The translations under genes and the position numbers were made by a program. Of a stretch of 64,000 bases of DNA, positions 27,956-40,793 are shown piece after piece (the stretch's first letter is position 1; each line of letters begins with the position of its first letter). Under the pieces are notes generated by a model. That model was not told the DNA's origin. It did not search any database and saw only the letters and a program-made list of their open reading frames with translations. Origin of the DNA: the human T2T-CHM13v2.0 reference genome, Homo sapiens. Location of the stretch: the NCBI RefSeq assembly GCF_009914755.1, contig NC_060934.1. The stretch is one strand, 5' to 3'.

Positions 27956-28559
27956 AAATGTCTATCTCCAGAGATAAAATGATGAAGCTGAGCATCGTAT
28001 CTGCTTTAGTACTAACTCTCAGCTCCTGTTTCTGACTCAGGCTGTCCCAGGCCCGTCCTCAAGGCCTGGAGGTCAGCTACCCTGGCCTGAGCCAGCAAAA
28101 GACCAGTGGGCCAGCCTGGATGGCCAAGTGTGGTTGCCCATAGCAACTGGAATCAGCCCACATTCAAGGGACAAGGTCAAGTCTTAGCTGAGAAGGGAGC
28201 TAAGCCAGTTTCTCAAGGGCAGCATTGAGCATCCACACAGAAGGGAGAGAAGGCAGGAGGTCAGGAAGCACAGAGGCAAGGCTGGACAAGATGCCAGCAG
28301 CAGGGTGGTGAGTCCAGCAGCTCAGGAGGAAGCCTGGGAACCAGACCCATTCAAGTCAGGGGATAACAACCCAGTGCACAGCCTGGCAGCACACAGCCTG
28401 CAGCATGTGGACCAGGCTGCCGGGGGTCTGTATGGCCACAACCTAGACAGGGGAAGACCCCTGTGTCCCAAAGGAGACCTAGTACCAGCACTCTTTAGCT
28501 TATAGGCTGAATCCTGGGTCAGCCCAGGAATAGCGTGCTCTGAAGTACTTTGCATAACT

Positions 28560-29100
28560 TTCCTTGTTCCCCCCAAAAGTGACTTAAAGCATATGTAAAT
28601 CTATAAATAGGAGATATATAAAGATATGTAAAGTACCACAATAAAACCTAAATTAGAAATGGATAGGAGTATAAGAAGCAAAATAGAGAAAGGGCCAGAG
28701 ATCTGGCTAAATCAAAAATGAATACCATAAAGCTGTAAATGTTGTTTCAAAGGGTCAAAGTTTTAGACTTCAACTCCCTGGAAGCAAGTGCAAAAGAGGA
28801 AATCTGATCAATCACACAATGTCCATGATATAAAATTAGTAAATCAACCCATAAAGCCTGATGCTGGGAAAGTCATAGCTGTTTCTTGTCTGCTTTACAA
28901 CATTTTTCCAACAGTCCTCATTATAAAATTCTAAGAGACACAAAGACAGGTCTCATGGAGATGTTTTGGGGGAGCAATATTAATACCATACCAACAGACA
29001 TTTTCGTAAAAGTAGTCCTATAAGGACCAAAATAACATGCTATTGAAGTCATCTTCTCCTGGCCTGGCTTAAGTCACAGTCAGATGAGGCTGGAATAGTT
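28560..29100 (-). mobile_element. Probable L4 (RTE-X) ancient LINE fragment
   Basis: 'ctccctggaagcaagtgcaaaagaggaaatctgatcaatcacacaatgtccatgatataaaa' resembles the L4 consensus as recalled. Confidence 0.55.
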
Positions 29101-29144
29101 TCAGTAAGGAGCATTATTGCTCTAGTTAGTTGTTTCTTTATCAA

Positions 29145-29425
29145 AAGTTAATTTGGTCAACCTGTGTTTGCTGAGCACCAGCACCGTATGGGGTTTTGGA
29201 GAAGCAGACGCAAGCAACACAGATATGGGCCCTGCCCTGCTGGAGCTTAAGGTCTTAGAGGGGGAAGCTGTAAGTAAACAGGCAGTTACAGACTGCAACA
29301 CAACCAGGATCCTCTCTGCACTCTCTGAAGACCAAGGAAGAGCCTGATATCGCACAACAGGGAAGGCTGCCTGGAGGAAGTAAGGTCTCAGATCAGCCTG
29401 AAGGGCCAGTGAAGTCGGCCAGGAA
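29145..29425 (-). mobile_element. L2 fragment
   Basis: 'gggccctgccctgctggagcttaaggtcttagaggggga...cagggaaggctgcctggaggaag'. Confidence 0.7.
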
Positions 29426-30304
29426 AGATCCAGCAGAAGGAGAAGCAGCAGTGGCTGGACCACCAGAAGTCAGGAAGCCGAAGAGCCCATTGCCGCCTAG
29501 AGCTGCCTCTAGGACCACAGCTGGGCAGAAGCCCAGAGGACAGGCCTGGTTGGGTGGGCCCATCACCTGGCCACACTGTCAGGCAAAACTGAGAGTGTGG
29601 CCAAGCTGGATGCAAATACCCCAGCACCTCAGCTCCTGGAAGAGAGGTTGGTGGCCCTTCTCTCTTCTCAGGGGTTGGCCCTGCTGCCCCAAACTCAGGG
29701 ATGTGGGACCCTCTTGGATTGTTCACAGCCACGGCAGGCTCAGCTTGGAGAGGAGCAGCAGGCAGTCCTGTGGGCAAGCCACCCTGGGATATAAAAGATA
29801 TGAAAACTGACCTGATTCTCTTAGAGCTGAAAGGCCCTGAGACAGAAGCCAACCCAACTTCCGCATCCTAAAGATGGAGAAACTGAGACCCTGACAAGGA
29901 AATGGACTTATCCAAAGTCACGTGGGCTAAGATTCCAGAAGTCCAGAGGCAGGAGAGACCAGAAGGAAGGAGGAGACTGGGCAAGTCAGCCAGGAGTCCC
30001 AGCAGAGAATGTGGAGAAAAATCCCAGAAGAGGCTCAACAACAGCAGAAATAGCCCCAAGCTCAGGGTCCATATCTGAGACCTTGGCCATGGGGCCATGT
30101 CCCCTGGAGCTGCAGTGGGGATGATGCTGACCTGCCCCGCAGGATTACTGGGAGGACTAGGGAATACTTACTATAAAGTCCTGTGCACATGGAGATGGTA
30201 CCAGGGTCCAGAAAGAAGGTGACTTTGGGGCAATAGTAATGGGCTACACTGATCACAGCACTGACTGTGTGCTGGGCACTTCTTAACAATAACCCTCAGA
30301 GTAG

Positions 30305-30697
<393 letters not shown>

Positions 30698-30699
30698 CA

Positions 30700-30834
30700 A
30701 TTTTTTTCTATTTTTTGTAGAGATAGGGTCTTGTTGTGTTGCCCAGGCTGGTCTCAAACTCCTGGGCTCAAGGATCCTCCCGCCTCAGTCTCCCAAAGTA
30801 CCGGGATTACAGGCATGAGCCACCACACCAAGCC
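30700..30834 (-). mobile_element. Alu left monomer / FLAM_C
   Basis: 'gtagagatagggtcttgttgtgttgcccaggctggtctcaaactcctgggctcaagg...gagccaccacacc'. Confidence 0.85.
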
Positions 30835-31084
30835 AATATTCTTAGTCATATACAAGAGGGCCTGAGGCAGATCCAGATGTAGGGTGCTCATCTCTGAGAA
30901 GGCAGTGGGTGGAGGAAGTTCAGTACTCTAACCCCCAGGAGATGCAGGGCCCCCCAGTTTCATGCCCTTCCCTTTGCACAATGCTTTGCACTTAGAGTTG
31001 AGCCCAGCCAGCTTCCTAGGAGTATGGGGAGATGTTGTGAGTGGGACCCCCGAGATGACTGCATGGCACTTCATAGCTGGCATA

Positions 31085-31550
31085 GCTGTCCTGGTTATCT
31101 ATGGCTGCATAACAAATCAACTATATACCTAATGGCACAAAATAATTTTATTATGTGCCCAGATTCTGTGGGTCAGCAGTTCAGACAGAGCACAGCAGGA
31201 GAGATTTGTCTCTATTCCATGATTTCTGGGATTTCAGGAAAAACTAAAATAGCTGGGGATGTTAGATGGCTAAGCTCAGCTGGGACTGTTGACTGGAGCA
31301 CCTAGACATGGCCCCTCCATGTGGCTTGGGCTTCCTCACAACATGGCAGCTTCAGGACAGTGAATCTTCCTACTTCTTTACATGGTGGCTCAGGGCTCCA
31401 AGAGTGAGTGTTCCAGCAAACAAAGTATAATTTGCAGGGGCATGGTCTTTACTCACTTAGGGTCTCTTCTGCCATACCCTATGCAAAGTGCTGGAATTAC
31501 AGGCATGAGCCACCGTGCCTGGCCTGTGGCCATGTTTTAACACCACCACA
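31085..31550 (-). mobile_element. MLT1-family LTR with a 40-nt Alu 5' remnant at ~31483-31524
   Basis: 'tgtcctggttatctatggctgcataacaaatc...gggcttcctcacaacatggcag...' ends 'gccatgttttaacaccaccaca'. Confidence 0.75.
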
Positions 31551-32954
31551 ATTGCCATGGGTTGCCAGGCAGCCTGGCAGAGGAACACTGCAAGGACCCG
31601 TCCCTTCATGGCAGATTCAGAAAGGCTGAAAGGCGTTATGGTCAGTCAGGGAAGACCCAGGAGCCACTCAGGCCCACACAGACCTCTCTGTGTGCCACTG
31701 GCCTCTTGCACCCCTCCTTTGACTGTGACGTTCTCCCCTGGAGGGATCAAGAGGTCAAACCAGGCACTCAGAAAGGCAAGGGCCATAGTAGGGTGACCTT
31801 GAGTGAGCCACATGATGTCTGGGAGCTTTGCATTCCTTGCCTGCATCATGGCAGATGTTTCCTCTCTCCCACGGTTCTGGGGAAGAACAGAGGAGAGAAT
31901 GTATATGAAACCCATTCACCCAGTAGGTTCCTGGCCAAAGCAGGTTTCCTTCCAAGGGGAATGGGGTGGGGCGGGGGTGCCACAGGCAGGGAGAAGATCT
32001 GAGGGCCTGACTCACTGGGTTCTCTCCCAGGGACTTAACCAGGGTGGCGTGTCTGCACTTGAAGCTGCAGCAGGCACCTCTCAGGCCTGTGGCTCCCAGC
32101 TCTAATTACAGATTTCTGGACATGTTTCCTGTTTGGGAGCTGGCAGTGTCCCCGCAGAGGATCCACAGATAATGAGCAGCTGGCTTCAGAGGCTCCATCC
32201 ATGGGGCACTGACCTGGGAGCAGGCCCAAGCAGGCCCGCCTCAGACAGCAGAAGGCCCTCAAAGGTCATCTGGTCTCAATTCTTCCCCACATCACACTCA
32301 CACAGGACCAACACCGTGATCACCATGACCAGTCTCTGCTTGCACGGTTCCAGTGATGGGCAGCTCACCACTTCACAGCCAGTCTGCTAATCTCTAGACA
32401 TCACTCAAGACAGCACTGGAAGCACTTCCCAAATCAGTTTGTCCTTTAACTTCTAGCTATTGATCCCCAGGTCCACCAAGAACAATGAAACATGGAACAG
32501 AAGAAGGGCGCAGACCCTGGGATCAAGAAGAACTGGCTTTGGTTCCAATCTTAGTTTTTACGCTTGCAGTCTTGGTCTCTTTGATCCTCAATATTCTTCT
32601 CTGTAAAATAAGAATAATGCTATCCAGTATGAAGGGCAGCTGGAAGAGTGGAAGGTCATAACACGTGTGAACACACCTGGCACACAATAGACACCAAGTG
32701 CATGCAATTCCTTCCCCTTTCCCTCTTGGACACCTGCATTAGGTAGCTTTTTTAGGATTATAGATCAGAGACACACACTCAGATTCAAGCAAGTGACCGG
32801 CCTGAAGACCACAGGTACACTTGGAGGATAAAGGGGACAGAGGCCACCTCTTCTGCCACACAGTGGTGTCTCACGGCAAGCTGGAGGAGCCCAGGGTCCC
32901 GAGCCTTCCCCTTTCAACTCCCGAGTGCAGCTGAATGTCTGTTGAATGAAAAGA

Positions 32955-33010
32955 GGGTGGATGGCTGGCTGGATGGTTGGATGGGTTGATGGATGGATGA
33001 ATGGACAATG
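32955..33010 (+). repeat. (GGAT/GGCT)n microsatellite at an L2 tail
   Basis: 'ggatggctggctggatggttggatgggttgatggatggatgaatgg'. Confidence 0.8.
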
Positions 33011-33109
33011 GAACCATTTAAATAGGTTTCTAAAACCTGCCAGGAAACACCCACCCCTTTTAATTCTAGCCAAACTGAATGTCATCTTTTTGTCGAGAAA
33101 TAGAGTAAA

Positions 33110-33280
33110 GCAGTGATGTTTAAACTTTTCTAAGCATCAGAAGAGGACTTGTGAAACAGATTCCTGGGTCCTACCTCCAGAGATGTTAATGTTCTAGGGT
33201 GGGGCCTGAGATGTTGCACTTCTAACCAGCTCCCAGCTGTGGCTGAAGCTGTTGCTCCACAGGCCACACTTTGAGTGTTG
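33110..33280. mobile_element. MER5A hAT MITE
   Basis: 'cagtgatgttttaaactttt...cagattcctgggtcctacctccagag...ggtggggcctgaga...tctaaccagctcccag...ccacactttgag'. Confidence 0.85.
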
Positions 33281-34179
33281 TGGAAGAAAGCAGACAGTCA
33301 ACTTACAACACCCTTTGGAAAACAAGCACAGGAGCAAGATGAGGTCACTGGCCTGGGAGAGTTCAGCAGGAGGGAGTGCCCCTCCCAGCCCAGGGGTGGA
33401 AAGTGTGTTATGACACCAGCCCCTGCCTCCCACCACTTCAAATCTTCTGCTTTCCGTCTCCAGCCTGGGATCTCTCAGAAGCCCCTGTGACACCACAATG
33501 GCTTCATGGCAGATAGGGCTCTGGTCCAGAAGATAACACCTCCCCACAGGAGTTCAGGCTGGATGGAAATCTCAATAAACAGGGCGGGATGTGCAGAGGG
33601 TAAGGCAGGCCATCCACTCACTACAGGCCTTCCAGCAAGGGCTAGAAGGCCTAGAAAGAAGAGTGTAATCTTCTGGCTTCCCAGACACACACACTTGCAC
33701 GCGCACACACACACGCACATGGAGGAGGGCCCAAACCTCTCCCCTAGACACCCAGAAGGTCTTCATTGCTTGGGACCCATCCAGCCATGGTTCCCATGGC
33801 TGATGGTAGTAGGGCCTCACTTCAATATTCAGGTCAGGCACTAACTTGCTGCATGGCCTTAAACATGTCCTTTCTGTTTTCTGGGTCTTATCTTCCCATC
33901 TGTAAAACAAGGTAGATGGATTAGGTCTTGCCTAGAGAAGGAACTGACATTACCTGAGCCACTGATATGTTTATTTATTAACTTTTCTCTCCAAAATATT
34001 TGATTGAGCAATTCCTATGAACCAGGACCTGATCTATAGCACTGCACAGGAGAGATGAAACAAAGCTCATGCCTCGTGGAGCTGGCCCCATGCTTTGCAC
34101 GAAATGCCTGATTCCTATGATCTCATTTAGCCTTTACTACAGTCACCCACAGGAGTTGGGTGCCATCATCCTTGCTTTA

Positions 34180-34632
<453 letters not shown>

Positions 34633-35584
34633 TCATCCCCTCCTCAGCACCCTTCCATCAGCCTCCAAAGTCCACACCCCACAAGGAAGCGGAAAGACTG
34701 GAGGCTGCAGGGAAGGTGGTTCACACTCCCCGCCCAGATTTGGAGGTTCCAGGCTGGGCTGAGGCTTCTACTTCCTCCCCGCTGAGAGGGCAGCTCCGGG
34801 CCAGGCTGCTCCCTTGGCACGGGGTGCCCTGAATCACAGGTGCTCTAGGGGTGCTGCCAGGTTCTTTTCAGGGCCCCCATCCCCACCCACCCTACTCATC
34901 ATTCACCCTTAGTGCCCATACATGACCTGAGAGGCAGAGGGAGCCCATCCCTTGGGTGCTAATGCAGCATGGCATCAAAAAAATGAGATCGGTCCAGCAT
35001 CTGTGCATTTACCCACAAGATTGCAATCCAGAACCTAGAAAGAGGCTATTTTAACTTCAACTTGCAAGGAAGCTTAGCGTCACTATGGAAAATAAACTTG
35101 ATGTTGAGCTACGCAGGGTGGGACTGGACACCACCATGATCCTGTCAGTACTTGGGGCGTCAAGGTCTCAGCCAGCCTTGGCTCGATGCCTCACTTTCCC
35201 ACTTTGAAGATGTGCCCAATCATTTTCTACTGCCTGGAAAACTTCTCCTTTCCCTTCTGCCTCCCCTAAATGCTCATTTTTCATGGCTTCATTTACCTAC
35301 TGCGTCCCCCAGGAAGTTGTTCTTAGCCCCGGCTGCCCCTAATCCAGCTCAAAGTTCCACCACTGGACGGCTGAGCTCTGGGAACCCGGTGCCCTGCCTA
35401 GGCTAGGCTGTTTGCTGGGTTCCTCTGGCCTTCCTCAGGGTAAGGAAGATCACCGCACACCCAAGAGGCCCTGCAGGGCTTCAGGCACCACCTGAGTCAC
35501 TGCTTTTCTTCGAGAGCCTGCAAAGCTAGAAGGCAGTATTTGCCTTTTACGCTGTCTGATGCAAGCATACTGTGGCATTTTTCT

Positions 35585-35955
35585 AGAGGATTCAAGACCA
35601 CGCGGCTCTCAAGAAGTCGAATGCAGAAAGAAGCACACAGGAGAACCCAGTTGCCTCCTCTGAAGTGAATCACCAGAGAGATTCACAAAAACCTAAAGGA
35701 ATGTCACTCTTCTGCTCAACTTTCTTTGTTTTAGGAAAATAGTTATTTTTTATGAAAAATATACGTTCATGTGTAGTGTTTATTCTTGTTGTTCTTAAAG
35801 AATTAAAAAATATTTTGTAATTTCTCAGTTTTAATTTTTAATGTGGTAAATATCCAGAGATATTTAACAATATTTTGCCTAAACCAAAGCTCTTTCGGGT
35901 CGTCAACAACTTTTCAGAATGTGACAGGGTCCTGAGGCCAGGCTTGAGGACGGCT
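35585..35955. mobile_element. hAT-Charlie-type DNA transposon relic
   Basis: Terminal 'aaagctctttcgggtcgtcaacaacttttcagaatgtgacagggtcctgaggcc...ttgaggacggctg' and AT-rich interior. Confidence 0.6.
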
Positions 35956-35964
35956 GGAGGAAGT

Positions 35965-36495
35965 GTCCCGCCCACCACAGCTGATTGGATGAAGGGCGGG
36001 ACCTGACTAGTGGGCAACCAATCCAGAGGCAAACGGTGGTGTGGGAATCGGCAGGGATTGAGGGGAGCAACAGGGCTATGCACGGTGAACTGGGCAGGCA
36101 GCCGAGGGAGAGGGCCTGTAAGGAGGCCTGGAGGGAAGCCAGGGAGGAGTTAGGGCCGCAGAGCAGCCACGTCTATAAGGAGCAGGGGCTGAGGTCCAGG
36201 CCAGATACACAGGAAGAAATGAATGCAGGAGACGGCGTGCAACAGGAAGAAGCAGAGAAGCAGCGGAGACGGAGGTACCTGGGGATGATGCCAGGACTGC
36301 AGCTTCAGGGACTTGTGGCAGATGCACAGGGTGCCTCTGGCTCCCTGGAGCTCCACACTGCAGTCCCAGCTCTGTCTGCAACCCACTGCTTTGATTCACC
36401 CAGGTTCCCACAATGATGCTCGTTTCTCTCAACCCTCCCGTACTTGAGGTCAGCTGAACACCTCTTTTCTTCCCAACCAAAATAGCCTTGAGTTC
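35965..36495 (+). mobile_element. Old ERVL-type solo LTR (LTR16/LTR33-like)
   Basis: 'gattggatgaagggcgggacctgactagtgggcaaccaatc' and 3' 'tacttgaggtcagctgaac...cccaaccaaaatagccttga'. Confidence 0.5.
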
Positions 36496-37367
36496 TGTCC
36501 TGGCTCTGGGATCCAGCGGTCCCTCGCAGTCAACGTGGAGATGCTGAGTGCAGCTCATCACGAGGACTGACATCATCACATATGTAAGGGCCTGGCGTGT
36601 GCCGGGCCCTCAACAGGTGTGGCTAATATTAGCATGCTTGCTCCTCCCTCGACTGCTACTGTCATTATCAGCGGTGGTATTAATATCACAGCAGGAAATG
36701 GTCTCCAAGGTCACAGAGCTTAAGCTCTCAGTTTTACTGAGGGATGAACAGCAAGGCCAGGAGCAGGTCAGAAGCAGAACTGGAACCAGAGCCCACTCTC
36801 CTGTCCTGTCCAACCGGTCCCAGTGAGAGTGTAAGCTCCCTGGGGGGAGGGGCCATCCAGCAACCCCACATCCACACAACCGTCCACTCCTCTTCTCAGA
36901 AGTCATTTCTTTCAACACATCCCATGGGCTCTGTGCCAAGTGCTGTCTCCACAACAGGGTTTGGTCCAGAATTGGTTCAATCAATGTTTGTAGATCGATC
37001 CTTGGCCTCTCCCATCTGGCTAGACACAGGGAATCCAGGCCAGGGGTGGGGGTTGGAAAGGGTTCCAGGAGTCTTCCCCATGAACACCAGTCACCAAAAC
37101 GTCTGTTACTCCCAGCAGCTCTCTTGTACCCACCACCTGTCCTGAGTTCTTCAGTGGAGAGCAGGGCCTGAATCTTCATCCCTTTAGCCAGAGAGGAAAC
37201 AAGGCCCAGAGATGTATAGTGCCTGTCTCAGGACACACAGCCAGCAGTAGGAGAGCCAGGGATGGAAATACAGGTCTGTCAATGCAAGTTCCTGATTCCA
37301 GAGTGAGCTGAGATATGTCAAGTATGCCTGACAGTAGGTAGCTGAGAGCAGGGTCTCAAGGGTAGAC

Positions 37368-37381
37368 GGGGGGGGGGGGGG
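37368..37381 (+). repeat. G14 homopolymer
   Basis: Direct read. Confidence 0.95.
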
Positions 37382-38784
37382 TCAGAGAGGGGCATTCGTG
37401 GGGTATGGACATCACAGAATCCAAGCCCCTGAAATAGCCACCTCTTCTACTGTCTGATAACTGAGCAGCTCCAGCTTCAAACACTTCACACTCAAATAGT
37501 GGGGCATCCATGCCAGAAAAAGCCTGGCTGGCCTGCAAAGGAAGAAAGATGGGGCCACTGGCCTTGCAGAGCCTCCCGTCCCAGACAGGGTAGAGTGTGG
37601 AGAAGAGGTGGCAGCCGCGCTCAGAGCTCCAAGAGAGCCCCCTGGGCAGGAGCTAGGTGGGCAAGCAGAAAGGCGGGGAGGCCCTGCCTATAGAAGCAGC
37701 AGCCTGAGTGAGCGCTGGGAGCCTGCAGAAGAAGAGGTTGGAGCCCAGCAGTCTGGGCAAGGATGAGGCCAGGTCTGGTGTGGGGACCCTTTATACCCTC
37801 TCTTCCCACCCTGTACTTCTCAGTCCCAGCTGGAAGCATGATGTATCTCCCCAGCTAGATGCGAGGCTCCCTGAAGGCAGGCCTGGGGGGCTCACTGCTG
37901 AATTCAGAGCCTGGCCCAGAACAAGTGCTCAGTAACTATGCGGAGTGAGTGACAACAGATACAGGCTAGGAGGGCCTGGGATAACTCTGAAAACAGAGCT
38001 TCTGTGCAACAGCAGGCTTAGCCCTTGTTTCCTGATAGATTTTGGCTGTTGCCACCAAGTGGGAAAGGGAGTGGTGGGGGAGGGGACCTGGAGAAGGGGA
38101 GTGACCTGACAGCAGAGGTGTCAGCAAGGCCCAGGAAGGGGTCAGGGCCCCATCCTGCAGGAGCAGCTCTGCCGGCAGCTGGGTCAGGCTCCCAGGTCCA
38201 GAGACGCCCCATGCTCCACTGTAGGGATGAGGCCACAAGGCTGGTCTTTGCCCCCTACTAGAGTCTGAGGCTCCAGCAGCTGATCTGGGCCAGCTCGGCA
38301 GAGAGCTGGATCTGGGAATAGGCTTTCCTCACTAGGCTACAGGAAGGAGCGATGCTGCTGAGGCCTGATGTTCATGCAGGGAGAAGGCTGGGGTACCAGT
38401 GATGCCCAAGGACAGCTCCTCTTACACCCATCCCTGGTCCAGCTCCCTCGTTGTCCTTAGCAAGTGGGGGACCAACTGAAGTCTCTGAAGTCTGCAAGGT
38501 GGGGCCGTCAGCTGAGGCCCACAATGACGTCTGTACTCCCCCAGTCACAAACAGGCATGCACACACCCACAGGCACACACTGACACACACATGCCCAGCG
38601 TGGGCTCTGTGCAGGCGGGGTCCTGCTGCAGGAAGGGCTGGTGCGGCTGCCAGGCAGCAGGCCCAGCACAAAGGCACAGGGTTGGGGGGGCGGTGTTGGC
38701 GGCACAGGAGTGGGGGAGGGCTGCGAGGGATGTGGCTCAGAGCCTAACAGGCCACCAGCAGCCGTGGCATCTGCTTTTTCTCAC

Positions 38785-38930
38785 CTCTAAAGGGAATCGA
38801 TTTGTCTCTGACTGATTTCCCTGACGTCTAGTTTTCTTCTCCGCCCGGCTGTCAGCCCAGCCACTGCACACAGGGAAGTGCGGGGGGAGCACCTTGACCG
38901 CCTGCCTGCCAGCCTCTCTGCCGCCTCACC
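38785..38930 (-). other. Candidate alternative first (non-coding) exon / promoter
   Basis: Donor GAG|gtgaga at 38785/38784; CpG-enriched; GC box CCGCCC and CRE-like TGACGTC; no ATG; no upstream acceptor evident. Confidence 0.4.
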
Positions 38931-39409
38931 ACACCACCCCCTCACACACACAACACACGCTGCACTCACACTCACACGCCCGACAGAGAAACCCACACCC
39001 CACACCCGCACCACAGCCTCCCGTCCAGACACCCACACTCCCACCTGACAGACAAACCTGCCATACACCATACAGACATATGTAGACAGATGCATATGCA
39101 AGCATGCACACACACACAGTACAAACACAGAGACAGACCTGCCACACGCGATACAGACACATAGTTTTACTGTGTGTAACATAGGTATACAGACACTCTC
39201 ACACACGCACCACAGTACAAACACACACACACACAAACACACACTCCCACTCCACAGACAGACCTGCCACACACCACACAGTATAAACACATACACAGAC
39301 ACATGCAGACACATCACACACAGAAAGATGGACACACACACACATAGACCCACACACAAAGCCTCCACACTGACATCCCCAAGTACCCCAGAGTCACCAC
39401 CATAACCCA

Positions 39410-39444
<35 letters not shown>

Positions 39445-39660
39445 CATTACCACTCTCAGATACCAAAAGGGACACTGGCACACACAAGCCTCACACTCTC
39501 AGATGGCCCCAACACTCACGCACCCCACACATTCACACAGCCACACAGGCTGCATCCCTGCTCACACAGCTACACACACCACACACACACTCATACTCCC
39601 TGATCCCCACCAACACCCCCCTCGACACGAGCACCCACAGTCATGCACACCCACACAGTC
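38930..39660 (+). repeat. CA-rich low-complexity block containing a perfect (AC)16 at 39411-39442
   Basis: Direct read; recurrent unit 'acag(a)cctgccacac'. Confidence 0.9.
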
Positions 39661-39712
39661 CCAGGCCACATGGGCACTCCTCGCTGTCCCCGCCCACCCC
39701 AGCAACCCCTAC

Positions 39713-39896
39713 TTCATCGTGGAGCTGCTCCTGGCCCCCCGAGAGTAGTAACGGCCCCCTTGGTGGAGGCAGACATAGGTGTGGCCCAAAGAGGTGGGCA
39801 GGGCCTGGCTGGGGGGCACGGGGGACCCCAGGGTGCTGCTCATCTGGACAGGCTCGTTGCAGGGCAGCCTGGGTGAGGAGCTGGACCCTGGCAGGG
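39713..39896 (-). other. Candidate exon (184 nt) containing an ATG at 39843
   Basis: Acceptor cccctgccccaaatcactgcag|; weaker donor GAA|gtaggg; GC/CpG-rich unique island between low-complexity tracts. Confidence 0.35.
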
Positions 39897-40260
39897 CTGC
39901 AGTGATTTGGGGCAGGGGTGGGGGTGCCAAATGCTCAAGATTACCAGGATCAAACCAAGCTTTTCCAGCACAAGGGCAGGGCTTCCCGGCGCCCCAAAGG
40001 ACCTGGGCAGTCAACAATAATGATGGCGGTGAGCAGAACAAGGATAATACAAACTGATCCTCTCTGTGTCCACAAAGCATGTTCCCATCTGTGACAGCTC
40101 TAGATTGGATCCCGGAAACATCCACTAGAGTTGGCATTATTCCCACCTCACAGATGAGGAAACCTAGATCTGAATCTGGAAAGGGACTTATCCAGGGTGC
40201 GCCGTGGGCAGTGAATTTAGACCTGGAATCCAGGTGCACCAATTCCCTGGCCAGAACTCC

Positions 40261-40300
40261 AACCAACCAACCAACCAACCAACCAACCAACCAACCAACC
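40261..40300 (+). repeat. (AACC)10 microsatellite flanked by the 11-bp direct repeat ccagaactcca
   Basis: Direct read of 40251-40309. Confidence 0.95.
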
Positions 40301-40414
40301 AGAACTCCAGATAATGGTCCATCTGTCCTCAGAATCCTCCTAAGGCCATCCACACTGGCACCACCTGCCTAGGGAACACTAAGGAAGCCCTCAGCATGAG
40401 CCCTGGCGAGGGGC

Positions 40415-40745
40415 AAGTACATGTGTACTTGTACATGCAAGGTGTGTGAAGGTGTGCATGACTGTGAATGCATGGGGCAGGTGTGGGCAGCAGGCCCCAC
40501 AGGTGGGTGTTGGGAGACAGCGTGTCTATGTAGGTCACGTGCGACTGTGTAGGTGGGAGAGCTGTGTGGGTAGAGGTGTGCCGCCAAGGGGATCCAGATG
40601 CGGCTGTGGGTTTGTGTGCATGTGAGGGTGCCTGTAGGAGAGACCGTGTGAGGGTGTATGTATCCATGGGAGAGGTGACGTATGTGCCCTGAGATGAACA
40701 CACCAGCATGTGTGAGCATGGCAGTGCACACCCATCACAAGTGTG
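40415..40745 (+). repeat. TG-rich low-complexity block
   Basis: Degenerate (TG)n. Confidence 0.8.
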
Positions 40746-40793
40746 CTGACCACGGGGCATGCTCCAGATTAGGGGGCGGATCCCCCCACGCAC

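Noticed and set aside
38787-39440. 217-aa Cys/Val-rich ORF
   Set aside because: Translation of (TG)n low-complexity DNA.
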